64,000 nt of DNA, taken from a virus. The notes under the pieces were generated by a model, which worked only from the letters and a program-made list of their open reading frames with translations, was not told the origin of the DNA and did not search any database. Below, one piece after another: positions 38,001 to 46,518 of this stretch (position 1 is its first letter; each line of letters opens with the position of its first letter). The translations under genes were made by a program, and so were the position numbers. The stretch covers positions 32,001 through 96,000 of the IMG/VR virus record IMGVR_UViG_3300032285_001029. One strand, given 5' to 3'.

Positions 38001-39964
38001 GTTGTACTAATTTTAAATTCTGTATTTGAATCGATACTGACAACATAGTAGGTCGTTCCTACAGCTATATTACTAGTTTCAAATGGAACTAATGTCGAAG
38101 AAACATTATTATTTGAAAGTATAAACTGTATAGGTGCATTTAAGTACATGCCTGCAGTAGTGTCGCAGGTAAATTTACTTGTGGCAGCATCGGACGAAAA
38201 AACAAAAGTATTAATTACTCTACTAGGCCTGACTACAGTACTTCTTAATTCATCTCCTACTAATGCAATACTTGCTGGTACAGTTATAGGAAGTTCTTCG
38301 TTGTATGTTCCTGTTTTGATAAAAATAGTAGCAGGTGCTACAGCATTTGCACAAGCATACTTGATAGTACGCCATGGTTGATCCCATGTAACGCCAAATG
38401 TTGGAGTATCTGTTCCTGTTAACGCTACATAATAGACATTAGGACTAGTTAAGATTCTTTGCCAAGAAGGAGTAGTACCGACAGATTGTAATTGATATGT
38501 TTCAGAACCAATTGCTAATGATGTTCTATTATCTGAACCTGTGGTAGAATTATAAAATAAATCACCCTGACTGCGCAGAGCATTTTGTCTTGCATGTAAC
38601 GTATAAACAGTCCAGTAATTATGACTAGTATCTAAATCAGGCGCAGTTGGTGCGGATGAAGTATGTGGGGCTATGCACATGTAACTGGCATTTTGCCATG
38701 TAACTACATCACCAGCTGTATATGTTGTATTTGTTAGCCAGAAATTTTTATGATAAGCGCCAGGTACTAACAATGACCAGTATGTAGAATTAATTCCTGA
38801 AAATGCAATAGTTTGACCATCAGTTAATGCACCGTCAGGCGCTTTGTCTAATATTACTGTATCGGTACTGACAAGTTGCGATATTTTTTGTCCGCCGGCA
38901 AAATTAGTACTGCCGCCGGCTATAAACATACCTGCTGCTAAACTTGTATTATTAGAAAGTTTGATAGTTGTTCCGCTACTACCGGTTGCAGTGTATGTTT
39001 TTGTTATTGTAGTATTATTCGAAGGATTCTGTCCGGTATTATTTGCAATAGCTCTAAACAATCTTCCATTATAATATACGGTATCGCCTACTCTATAAGA
39101 ATAACTTTGACTCCAATTTGAGGTTATAACATTGAAACCAGGTAGTACTACAGTCCAGTTAGCAGAATTATAATCGGGATCAAATCCTAAATTATTATTA
39201 ATGCTGCTTTTCCAAATGTTACCACCGTATGAAACTAAATCATCTAATTGATATTTTGTAGAAATACTCCATGCACCTTCAAATTGTTGAGCAGGAAGCC
39301 AAAGGCTCCATTTTGCTGTTTCGAAAGTACCAATCGACGTATGATGTGTTGTACAAATATATAAATCTGAGTTTAATTTTACAACATCATTTGCTTTATA
39401 TCTTGTGCCGCTGCTAACAAAGTCGCCTTTGTAATCGATACCGTCATAAATTGAAGTCCATTTACCGATGTCTGTTTCAAGCCCGTAAGTAATGCTAACA
39501 TCGCTAGTATGAGTAGTATTACATTGATATACAATACCGCCATATCTTACTACATCGCCCACGCCGTACGCATGATTAGTTTGCCAGCTAGCATGCCATT
39601 TATATCCTTCAACTAGTAATGTAAATTTTGCTACATCTATTACAGTTGAACTAACATGATAGGTATTACAGACATAAACAGCTCCACCGTATTTTACAAC
39701 ATTACCTGGATTATATTGCTGCCCAACATCCCAATCATACTTGTATTGTGTGCCTGCAATGATTTTTTCCCAGTAGTAGAAGTCTACTGCATCAATAGTA
39801 CCTATAGTAATTAAATCAGTACTAAACACACCGGATGTATGTGCAAATTGACATACAAACGCTTGTCCTTCAAATTCTACAACTGTGTCAATAGCATAGA
39901 AAGTGTCGGTTGCCCATGATCCAACATAATTATATCTTAAACTGCTTATTCTAAACTCAGCCAT
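32084..39964 (-). CDS. Giant modular virion fibre/adhesin protein (2626 aa), paralog B
   Basis: Same scaffold as 23276..32032 (MAEF start, GDELRSTVV, GWDH, YSQVRLTGHDFL, TSTDQDGNF) with different inserted modules. Confidence 0.8.
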   Translation of the reverse strand: MAEFRISSLRYNYVGSWATDTFYAIDTVVEFEGQAFVCQFAHTSGVFSTDLITIGTIDAVDFYYWEKIIAGTQYKYDWDVGQQYNPGNVVKYGGAVYVCNTYHVSSTVIDVAKFTLLVEGYKWHASWQTNHAYGVGDVVRYGGIVYQCNTTHTSDVSITYGLETDIGKWTSIYDGIDYKGDFVSSGTRYKANDVVKLNSDLYICTTHHTSIGTFETAKWSLWLPAQQFEGAWSISTKYQLDDLVSYGGNIWKSSINNNLGFDPDYNSANWTVVLPGFNVITSNWSQSYSYRVGDTVYYNGRLFRAIANNTGQNPSNNTTITKTYTATGSSGTTIKLSNNTSLAAGMFIAGGSTNFAGGQKISQLVSTDTVILDKAPDGALTDGQTIAFSGINSTYWSLLVPGAYHKNFWLTNTTYTAGDVVTWQNASYMCIAPHTSSAPTAPDLDTSHNYWTVYTLHARQNALRSQGDLFYNSTTGSDNRTSLAIGSETYQLQSVGTTPSWQRILTSPNVYYVALTGTDTPTFGVTWDQPWRTIKYACANAVAPATIFIKTGTYNEELPITVPASIALVGDELRSTVVRPSRVINTFVFSSDAATSKFTCDTTAGMYLNAPIQFILSNNNVSSTLVPFETSNIAVGTTYYVVSIDSNTEFKISTTPNGSASTLLGGSGLIQVIGGDAISNMFYVRNGSGIRNMTMSGLLGTLGTTNSLGTQRPTGGAFVSLDPGTGPADTTVWISYKSPYIQNVSSFGQGCTGLKIDGSLHNGGNKSIVANDYTHIINDGIGAWCTNTGALTELVSIFSYFGYAGYFAENGGRIRATNGNSSYGTYGVIAEGFDVNETPITAVTYNRYYGVTPTLQTVQGLSAQVLKYQFSNNGKFYNQQVLNLLKNSNNLTSTGWADDSYVTYLQNSTDPFGGLYAWQLTKTNVAANSGSIYQAINITPSGNVYTGRSGSNIIGTGNGATFTISVTAAGYVVSAITGSPVGGSGYNTGDKILISGNTVGGLLGLHDITINVDTAVSGAITVASATGTVPNTVKQKYTFSVYVKAGTASTVSLSTVFSGVSSNTTRIDYNLSALTYTTTLTGAITPLNVGIIKGNNSWNRLYFTTYDVSGLNNLCTFYVYVAGYATAVSAYNYVYGPQIEHNPYQTTPKFYLRTDTQKYSAYADFLVTGSGSGVSSVANEIRSGAVYQSRIIDPGTGDQVGGAGYKTSSNNAQGGNTSYVTLAGSETAASSTYLGLRVFLTSGTGVGQYGLISYYDDVNGYAYVAKESYDPVKITGSTSSTNELYLDSSADTNLLYTDMPVSFYPTVYSATVTSTSKATVVITSVTGGQTNTMTTTNITQLYQNMPVTFEYSGLYGGVINNFTYYITNISGNTFQVSTSIYGTPVFLVTGTGSMIMNVVSGTSYMYADSTTYMKPNMQIQFTGAALGGTSAGTIYYVNDIKDSHYFTISSGTTTTTASATTAVSNQLTVTTTAGIVSLFPIIFTGTAIGGLQLNTKYYISLIPDSSHITISNTLNQTIASATLVGANLITCTSTSGFVIGNPVKFVGITMGGLSVDTIYYVSNIPNSTQFQVATSSAILNITCTATASTTNYITSTTTSLVPLYPITFSGTGLVGSGLSTTTQYYISKIPSGSTFTVSTSILSTQMTGTTSGTNIITVLSSLNFVLNNPIIFYGETVGNIVSGTVYYISAILTPTTIKISATSGGGDLPLVTANTSSIVTVNTTGSDVTLTTQTSGTLTGKTVTTGTVATLSTATGYLNVETTGSDLTLTTGSGSMTVTTTPNKTLLVSSKGSATALFNSSYISGITAGTTYYIKTVTLGGTNTITLASTAGGSTAVSVGTSGDSMQMVVSGWDHITPGTTAATLLDTTTTYYVEPRPIYSAPSFSQTLPSFPTQGAGMTAIGYGDGYWIGVPSGIGYLVGSTDAETWSSITLPVVATWTGIAYGNGYWVLVSSGGVGNSTALYTTLPTDSWRQTTLPSQATWGSVEYGNGVFVVIDNAASSNKAAYSTNFGQSWSAASLPSSTTWTSLAFGAGTFVAIASGGTTSAYSTDGQTWVASNGLPSSTTWSSVSYGNGRFVAVSSGANAKPAYSLDGITWVQSPYVVRATSIEYGQGVFVAIRDANILAYTTEDGIVWKQRSVTGFTYTAMAFGYTAVNYGTVTGITITSSGSGYSVAPTLRFTGGGPFVTQQATATVTINPSGQVSGFSLTGAGVGYTETPTIVVTDSLSGTTAILTPVMTYTLGHDSYTGLFVTVGGNNYVTNISAGAKPKSRPTITSGIVTGFTSWEPGSGYTSAPTLTLYDTNSTQSAVTSQLIGNGSLANPIFLSRGVGYNVNTTTITTSGAGYSEDYQNSYNLILSNMTYQPSVGSDLVINGNSNIYKITSVTVLNNSTAPNVTAIIGLNPALSTALAPTNAISVVIRQKYSQVRLTGHDFLNIGYGDQYQSGYPDVPADTSLQAQNQTVEINYGRVFYTSTDQDGNFKVGSFFGVQQATGIVTLSASQFGLTGLTSLTLGGIAVGSQSVVISQISTDPTLIANSDSVIVTQKAIRTYIANRLSQGGSNVVTNQVSAGTVVLGGQNLITSTVTQGIPGSSVKMANKVSIEGAAGGVDGNESSWLYFTKHWFHR
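37470..37534. repeat. 65-nt dispersed repeat, copy 2
   Basis: 64/65 nt identical to 26775-26839. Confidence 0.9.
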
Positions 39965-39979
39965 TCTATTTTCCTATGC

Positions 39980-40342
39980 TTAACTAGTATAATTGTAAGT
40001 TTGATTTATTCTTGCAACTAATTGACCTTGAGTGTTAACATAATAGTAAACACTTCTGTTGTCCCACCGCCATTGATCAAAATTCAGATTTGGATTAGGT
40101 CTGGTATGGTCAGTGTCTAATCTGCCATCTAAGAAGTCAACGCCCCATTCAAAATTGGCAAAATTATTAGCAGCTACGCCTGCTTTATTTACTGTAACTA
40201 GGTCTTGTGAGGTTAGCTGATCGAGACGTGTAAAATATAAATTTCCGCTACTGTCTCGACGCATTGCATAAAAGTATCTAGGAACTCCGTCCCCTAATAC
40301 TGTGTTTTGATCCAATAAGCCTGCATAAAATGGTGTGGCCAT
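39980..40342 (-). CDS. Hypothetical virion protein
   Basis: 120 aa with RBS, inside the fibre operon. Confidence 0.7.
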   Translation of the reverse strand: MATPFYAGLLDQNTVLGDGVPRYFYAMRRDSSGNLYFTRLDQLTSQDLVTVNKAGVAANNFANFEWGVDFLDGRLDTDHTRPNPNLNFDQWRWDNRSVYYYVNTQGQLVARINQTYNYTS

Positions 40343-40351
40343 AATCTTTCC

Positions 40352-40936
40352 TTATACGATTTCTACATAACTTACAACAGCGTCTAAACCACCGGACCCG
40401 TAACTATATACATTAATTGTAGTGCTAGTTCCTAATACCATACGCTCACCACCATTGACTAATTTTAATACTTGATTCTGAGGTATAATCATTTTATATG
40501 CATAATAAGCAGATGTATTTGAATTTGCATTATCAACTAGTTGTACGTTAACTACTTGTAAATCATCTGTACAGTTAACTAGTGCTAGACCTACAACTGT
40601 TATCTTTGCATTACTTGGACTAGTAAGTAAACTAGTAGTTTTGTTTATAATTCCTGTCATGTTGCCTCCATTGCCTGTTCCAACATTAAACGGAGGACCG
40701 CCTAGACTAGTACTTATAGTAATTTCAGTAGAACTTTCAACAGTAATAATGTAATAAGTTCCTGCAATTAAATTTCCAATAGTTGTGCCCAGTACAATAA
40801 GTTCCATTCCTACAGCTAAACCTGTAGTAGAATCAACAGTTACAATATTTCCTACTTGATTAGTATCTGTAATTGTAATTTCTAAACCAGTAGCACCGAT
40901 ATTTGAACTTAATGCATTTTTAAACGTAGTTGCCAT
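40352..40936 (-). CDS. Small adaptor-like protein carrying an inserted ~80-aa module
   Basis: MATTFKN...[TYY module]...TVVGLALVN...NGGERMVL...DAVVSYVEI. Confidence 0.7.
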   Translation of the reverse strand: MATTFKNALSSNIGATGLEITITDTNQVGNIVTVDSTTGLAVGMELIVLGTTIGNLIAGTYYIITVESSTEITISTSLGGPPFNVGTGNGGNMTGIINKTTSLLTSPSNAKITVVGLALVNCTDDLQVVNVQLVDNANSNTSAYYAYKMIIPQNQVLKLVNGGERMVLGTSTTINVYSYGSGGLDAVVSYVEIV

Positions 40937-40940
40937 TTTT

Positions 40941-42443
40941 TTATCCTAACATTAGTGCCGATTGGACACCGATATCTTGTAATAGTGTTGCGTCGACATT
41001 ACCTCCGCCGCCGCCTCCAGAACCACTACCAACGCCGGTCCATGCAAGCCCATTCCACACTTCCATTTGTTGGATATCTGTGTTAAAACGAGTCATACCA
41101 AGTTCATATATACTTGGTCGATCTGCATTTCCGCCTGCAGGTAATACTACACCATTTTTGCCACCAATTTTAAAGTAGCCGTCGCCGGTACCAGAAATAG
41201 TAGTTATTCCGTCTGTAACTACATTAGTGATAGTGTTGTTATAAAACCTTAAATTACCAATCTTAACTCCGGCATTTCCGCTGGTATTAAATAATAAATC
41301 ATCACCCGATGTTATAGTTGTTATAGTATTGTCGGTAATTCTAATACCGGCTGTTTCAAAAACGGATGTATAAAATTTGCCAGTATCAATGTAGGCCATT
41401 ACTACATTATTAGAATAGAATCTAATTGTATTATCTCCGGCGCCCGGATATAATTCTGGAGTTATGTAAGTATTTCCAGCAACATCCCCAACTCCGCCTA
41501 ATTGTATCCAGTAAGATCCATTGTAACCTTCATAACGAGACATCTCGCTATTATATCGTATCATACCGTAACTGGCTGGATCAGGACGTTGCAGTGTAAT
41601 ACCTACAGGAACTTTAAAGCTAGTAGTAGAATTAATAACTACGCTGCCTGTGCCTTGAGGTTGTAACACAATGTCTTGATCGGGCTGTGTGCTGCTTATT
41701 GTATTGTTGTTAACTTTTAGTTGTTCTAAAATAATACTTCCAGAACCATTTGCAGTAAGAACTATGTTTCCGTTAGTATTTGTACTGATAATACTGTTGC
41801 CGACAATACCGATATTCCCAGTGTAAAAACTAGAAGTAATAATATTATTTGCATATAAGGTATTCCAACGAAGAGTGTTAGAACCTAAACTATAGACGTT
41901 ATCCTGGCTAGGAATAATATCACTAGCTATTTCTGCTGTAAAAACTACATTGTCAGTTGTTTGATTGCCTAACTGAATATCACCATCTGCGGTAATATCG
42001 CCTGTTGCATGTAAACTACCGTTTATTAACGTATCACTTTGAACTTTAAATTGACCAGTTCCTGTAGGATTAATACTAATATCAGTGTTTGTTCCAGATA
42101 CTTCTAACGTGCTATCGTAAATATTCCAAAGTCCTACTTGTAAGCGACCTTGATATACAACAGGATTTGCACCAGACGGAGTTAAATTGATAGTTCCGCT
42201 AGTGCTTGAAATTGTGTTATTGAGAAATGTGAAACTGGATAATGTTGCTTGTGTCGTAACATTAAGATTTGTAGTTCTGGTAGTGCCGTTGACATCTAGG
42301 TCGTATTGAGGAGTTGATGTCTTAATTCCGACACGCAGATTATTAACGTCAAGATAAAGAAGGTCGTCCTCAAAGGCAAGATCTACACCATCACGAAGTA
42401 GATTCGCTTTTAAGAGCGGACCTGTAATACGACCAACAGCCAT
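40941..42443 (-). CDS. Fibre-like structural protein
   Basis: MAVGRITGPLLKANL...; NxI.S...N.DI.L.P.G.G repeats; GMIRYN/GMTRFN motifs; AAGGAG RBS. Confidence 0.75.
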   Translation of the reverse strand: MAVGRITGPLLKANLLRDGVDLAFEDDLLYLDVNNLRVGIKTSTPQYDLDVNGTTRTTNLNVTTQATLSSFTFLNNTISSTSGTINLTPSGANPVVYQGRLQVGLWNIYDSTLEVSGTNTDISINPTGTGQFKVQSDTLINGSLHATGDITADGDIQLGNQTTDNVVFTAEIASDIIPSQDNVYSLGSNTLRWNTLYANNIITSSFYTGNIGIVGNSIISTNTNGNIVLTANGSGSIILEQLKVNNNTISSTQPDQDIVLQPQGTGSVVINSTTSFKVPVGITLQRPDPASYGMIRYNSEMSRYEGYNGSYWIQLGGVGDVAGNTYITPELYPGAGDNTIRFYSNNVVMAYIDTGKFYTSVFETAGIRITDNTITTITSGDDLLFNTSGNAGVKIGNLRFYNNTITNVVTDGITTISGTGDGYFKIGGKNGVVLPAGGNADRPSIYELGMTRFNTDIQQMEVWNGLAWTGVGSGSGGGGGGNVDATLLQDIGVQSALMLG

Positions 42444-42552
42444 CTGCTCTCCTTAATACCCCGTGTTTCACGGTTAACCACCTTGCATTGCGGGTTTACC
42501 ACAGTTTAATATCGCAAAATCTTGGTCTGATTTTTGCTGTAATATTATTTAT
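42444..42552 (-). promoter_or_regulatory. Late promoter plus structured ~100-nt 5' leader
   Basis: ATAAATA at 42546-42552, then a GCAAAAATC/GATTTTGC hairpin, tandem GTGGTWAACC and a CCGTG-AAA-CACGG hairpin before the RBS. Confidence 0.55.
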
Positions 42553-42574
42553 CAGAATCGGAATTTACTGTTGA

Positions 42575-44176
42575 TTACAGGTTGAAAATGAGTGCCCATT
42601 CGGTCATAGTAGAATAGGCAACTACTTCGTCAACTCCTCCACCACCGCCACCACCGCCCATAGTTACCCAAGAATTAGTTTTGGTACTGTAAGCTTCGCC
42701 GGATCCAGTTTCGGTATTAAAACGATATTCCCCATTTTCTGGTGTAAGAGGACGCTCTAATGTTGTTCCAAATGGTAAAACAACACCTTTGCCTGAAAAT
42801 TTTAAATAACCTCGATTGGTGCTGTTAAAAGTTAATGGTTGTGATGTGACACTTATCGTATCGTCTGAAATTGAAACTCCGGATACTATTGTATTTCCAG
42901 CAGGTGTGCTAATAGCAGTATCTGTAGTATTACTAACTATACGTCCAGTAAATGTAGGTCCGCCTAGTTTAGCAGTTATACTATAAAACTTAGTTGTATC
43001 AATGTATGTTTTTACTACATTATTTGTAGCAAATCGAATAGTGTTATCTCCGACATTTACAGTTAATTCTGGTGTAATATACGTGGCACTATTGCTGCTG
43101 TAGACATTGTTTAGACTTACTAGTTGTCCGGCAGGAACATAACCTTCATATCTGTGATAGGTACTATTAAAACGTAACTGCCCGTATTCAGTTAACAGTA
43201 AGTTTGAATTGTTACCTGAAGGTAATTTTACAGATGCAGTTGAATCTACCACAGTTGAACCAGCACCTCTTGGAGAAAGAATTATACTTTTTTCTGTATT
43301 ATTAGCAGGAGAAGCGGCTACATTAGTAATAGTATTTTGATTGAATTTTAAATTAAGAGCAACTATACTGCCGCTGCCATTAGGCGCAAGAATTAAATCT
43401 TGTCCGGCTGTTTTAGTTTGGATAGTATTTGCAACAATTGAAATGTCCGGAAATGTAGTAGTAAAGAAATTAGATACATTTACAGTTAATGATTTCCAAC
43501 GTAAACTAGGAGAACCAATGTCATAACTAGGAAGATTTACACCATCGCTGCTGTATTCTTGAGAATCTTCCGTGATAAAAACGATTCCATCTGCCGCAGC
43601 AAGTGTGCCTGCAGTAACAGGCGCCGGTAACATATTACTAGCTACATGTCCGTTAATTGTAACAGTATCAGTAGTTTCATTTCCAAAATAGATGTTACCA
43701 TCTAATGTAATGTTACCTGTAGCATGAACACCACCAGTAACATACATATCAGAATTTACAATTAATTTTCCAGTACCCGGAGGATCAAAAGTAATGTCAG
43801 TATCTGCAGTTGTGGCTGAGAAATAATTATCACCGATCTCTAAATTGCCAACTCTTACAGCACCTGTAACTGCTATTGTAGGATTACTTGTTTGATCTGG
43901 TCTGATGTATATCTTACCAGAAAGATGCTGAATTGTATTCGAAGATACAACGAAGTTTCCTATAGTAGTAGTTGTATTTGTAGTTAAGGAATCGGATCTA
44001 GTAGTACCGTTTACAAATAATTCTGATGTAGGTGCTGCTGTTTTGATACCTACATAGTTAGGAGTACTGTTGACTTTTAGATAAACAAGATCCGTCTCGA
44101 AAGCTAGATCTACATTATTTCTAACAAGATTTGCGGCTAGTAGTGGGCCACTAATACGCCCTAGTTCGGCGCCCAT
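42575..44176 (-). CDS. Fibre-like structural protein, paralog of 40941..42443
   Basis: GRISGPLLAANLVRNNVDLAFE; same repeat architecture and poly-Gly near the C-terminus. Confidence 0.75.
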   Translation of the reverse strand: MGAELGRISGPLLAANLVRNNVDLAFETDLVYLKVNSTPNYVGIKTAAPTSELFVNGTTRSDSLTTNTTTTIGNFVVSSNTIQHLSGKIYIRPDQTSNPTIAVTGAVRVGNLEIGDNYFSATTADTDITFDPPGTGKLIVNSDMYVTGGVHATGNITLDGNIYFGNETTDTVTINGHVASNMLPAPVTAGTLAAADGIVFITEDSQEYSSDGVNLPSYDIGSPSLRWKSLTVNVSNFFTTTFPDISIVANTIQTKTAGQDLILAPNGSGSIVALNLKFNQNTITNVAASPANNTEKSIILSPRGAGSTVVDSTASVKLPSGNNSNLLLTEYGQLRFNSTYHRYEGYVPAGQLVSLNNVYSSNSATYITPELTVNVGDNTIRFATNNVVKTYIDTTKFYSITAKLGGPTFTGRIVSNTTDTAISTPAGNTIVSGVSISDDTISVTSQPLTFNSTNRGYLKFSGKGVVLPFGTTLERPLTPENGEYRFNTETGSGEAYSTKTNSWVTMGGGGGGGGVDEVVAYSTMTEWALIFNL

Positions 44177-44185
44177 TGACTGTCC

Positions 44186-44980
44186 TTATTTGTCAAACCC
44201 GTGTAAAACTACTACAGGTTTACCTAAAGGAACTGCGGAACTAAATTTAACAAAATATCCAGATCCCGTATTTGTAGAATCTGTTATAGTTAACATTGTT
44301 CCAGAAGAAATTGATGACGTAATAGTTGGCTTATTGATAGTAATACTAGTCAACTGCCCGCTTGTGTTTGTTGTATATGTTAAAATTGCTGTGTTTGATT
44401 GTAAGTATGCACTGCCTGTAACAATTGCACCGGTAATGTCAACTGCAGGATATACAATATATCCTGTAGCAGTTGGATCAAAATTAATAGTAGTTGCACC
44501 AGAACTAGTAATGCCGCTAGTTTTAGGTGTGTATACTTCTCCTGCAATACTAGGGTTTTGTTCAATAGTATAGTTAGTTGTAAATAATTGAATAACATTT
44601 TCAACTAATACAATTAAATTTGCACCAGACCAAGATGTTCCGCTTTGAACAACAGTAGGAGGAGCAGGATTAAGTGGTCCAAAATAAACAGTACTAGCAT
44701 CGCCATAGCCAAGTAATTGTTGTGTAATCGGTGTAGCCTCTTTGAATCGTATGGCCCGCCATGTAGCACTACCTAACGTTGTACCTTGATAAATTTCTAC
44801 CTCAGCTGTACCTGTATTGTATCTCATTTGTCCTAAACTTGGGCTGCTAATAGCTGCCGAACTGTTAGGTAACACCAAACTGTTAGTCGTGTTCATTAGA
44901 ACATCATTGTCAGTGGTTATAGCTACTCGCTTGTCGTAGATCATTCTACGATTTAAAGTTAATGTTTTTAAATATCTCAT
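44186..44980 (-). CDS. Virion structural protein
   Basis: GQMRYNT...EIY motif; IVLVENVIQ...VKFSSAVPLGKPVVVLHGFD. Confidence 0.65.
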   Translation of the reverse strand: MRYLKTLTLNRRMIYDKRVAITTDNDVLMNTTNSLVLPNSSAAISSPSLGQMRYNTGTAEVEIYQGTTLGSATWRAIRFKEATPITQQLLGYGDASTVYFGPLNPAPPTVVQSGTSWSGANLIVLVENVIQLFTTNYTIEQNPSIAGEVYTPKTSGITSSGATTINFDPTATGYIVYPAVDITGAIVTGSAYLQSNTAILTYTTNTSGQLTSITINKPTITSSISSGTMLTITDSTNTGSGYFVKFSSAVPLGKPVVVLHGFDK

Positions 44981-45297
44981 TAGACTGTCAATGTGCTAAC
45001 TGTTGCAGATAAACCTGTAGTAGAACCAACTGCTACGATTGTATCATTATTAGCTAGTACCATTTTTTCTTGGTCAAAACTAACTGTATCCCCAGCTGGT
45101 ACTGATAATGCGCTTACAATCATGTTGCTTGTACCTGGAGTTCCAACAGCTCCTGCATTATTTGATACTGCATACATAGTTAAATTTACATCCGACACAG
45201 AAGTATTGCAAACAATTATAGTTGTTATTGCATTATTTCCTGCACTGGTATAAATTGTTGTGTTGGTTGCTAAAATTGCTGTATTCTTAATTGCCAT
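44980..45297 (-). CDS. Small beta-rich virion adaptor-like protein
   Basis: 105 aa, IYTS...AITTIIVCN...VPAGDT...EKMVLANND. Confidence 0.7.
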   Translation of the reverse strand: MAIKNTAILATNTTIYTSAGNNAITTIIVCNTSVSDVNLTMYAVSNNAGAVGTPGTSNMIVSALSVPAGDTVSFDQEKMVLANNDTIVAVGSTTGLSATVSTLTV

Positions 45298-45306
45298 TTT
45301 ACGTCC

Positions 45307-46512
45307 TTAAAATAATACACTAAACAGCAATGCTCTATTTTTTGAAATTAATTCGTCGCTAGTAATTAGATTAGCAAAAAATATTCCGGTCTTTCCTGTT
45401 CCTGTATAAGTCCCTGTATTACTAGCAGACCAAATTTTTGTTGTGCCACTGATACCTGCACCACCTGCATTATCATCTAATCTTAAAACAGAGTTTACTT
45501 CTACATCACCGCTAGTACTAGTTAAAATTAGATTATTGCTTGTAGAATTTTTTACAGTATTTCCAAATATATTTACATTGTCAACATCTAATCCTGCCGA
45601 TGTTATAGTTGCTCTTTGAGTTTCGCTAATATAAAATGTAGTACTAGTATTGTTAGTAGTTACTCTTGATTTTATTGTACCATTTATATAATAGATCGTA
45701 GATACGTCTGCTATACCAGTAGCGTAACTACCAGCAGCAACATATTGTTCAGTCCATTGTTTTGTAACAAGTGTATTTGGATCTACAATATTAGCTGCAT
45801 ATGATGAGGAATTTGTAATTCTTACAACACTAGCAGAATCTTGCATATCTAATAACAGATCACTTCCACCAGAAGTTATAGTTTCTAATTCTAATCCGCT
45901 TAGTACTTCGTCAGCTGTTTTAAATACCCATGAACCATATACTTCTATATAGTTAACAGTTGCAGTCATCGATCCGCTGCCATTAGAAACATGGAATACA
46001 GAACCGCCTAAAATTGTGCTTACTTGTATTTTACTATTGACGCTGTCTATACTTTTAACATAATAAGTTGCACCATTGACTACACTACCGAAAACTGTTC
46101 CCGTAAACACTATAGTACTACCTGCACTGATTGCAGCAACACTGTTTAGTGTAATCCAATAACCAGTAGCAGTTGTTGCAGTAGCAGTATATGCAGTGGT
46201 AGCTAAATGTGTATGAGGTATAGTTTCTTTAAAAAATAACTGGGCGTTAGAATAATCACCGCGATCGACTTCTATACCCGATTGATAGTTTAAAATTGCA
46301 CTTATACCGGGACCAATCTGTCCATTATTAAGTGTGAATATATTATTGCTAATATTGATATTAGTAGATTCAACATTTGTTGACACACCTTTAACATCAA
46401 GATTACCAAGAATATAAACTGTTCCACCATAGTGCAGATCCAACGTGATGTTGCCATCAGGCTGGACCTGTATTCTATAGTTGTCGTCGTCGACTTTTAA
46501 AACTCTTGTCAT
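45307..46512 (-). CDS. Fibre-like structural protein
   Basis: GNLDVKG...N.F.LN.G...SGIEVDRG motif; inserted TYYV module; C-terminus KNRALLFSVLF. Confidence 0.65.
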   Translation of the reverse strand: MTRVLKVDDDNYRIQVQPDGNITLDLHYGGTVYILGNLDVKGVSTNVESTNINISNNIFTLNNGQIGPGISAILNYQSGIEVDRGDYSNAQLFFKETIPHTHLATTAYTATATTATGYWITLNSVAAISAGSTIVFTGTVFGSVVNGATYYVKSIDSVNSKIQVSTILGGSVFHVSNGSGSMTATVNYIEVYGSWVFKTADEVLSGLELETITSGGSDLLLDMQDSASVVRITNSSSYAANIVDPNTLVTKQWTEQYVAAGSYATGIADVSTIYYINGTIKSRVTTNNTSTTFYISETQRATITSAGLDVDNVNIFGNTVKNSTSNNLILTSTSGDVEVNSVLRLDDNAGGAGISGTTKIWSASNTGTYTGTGKTGIFFANLITSDELISKNRALLFSVLF

Positions 46513-46518
46513 TGTATA

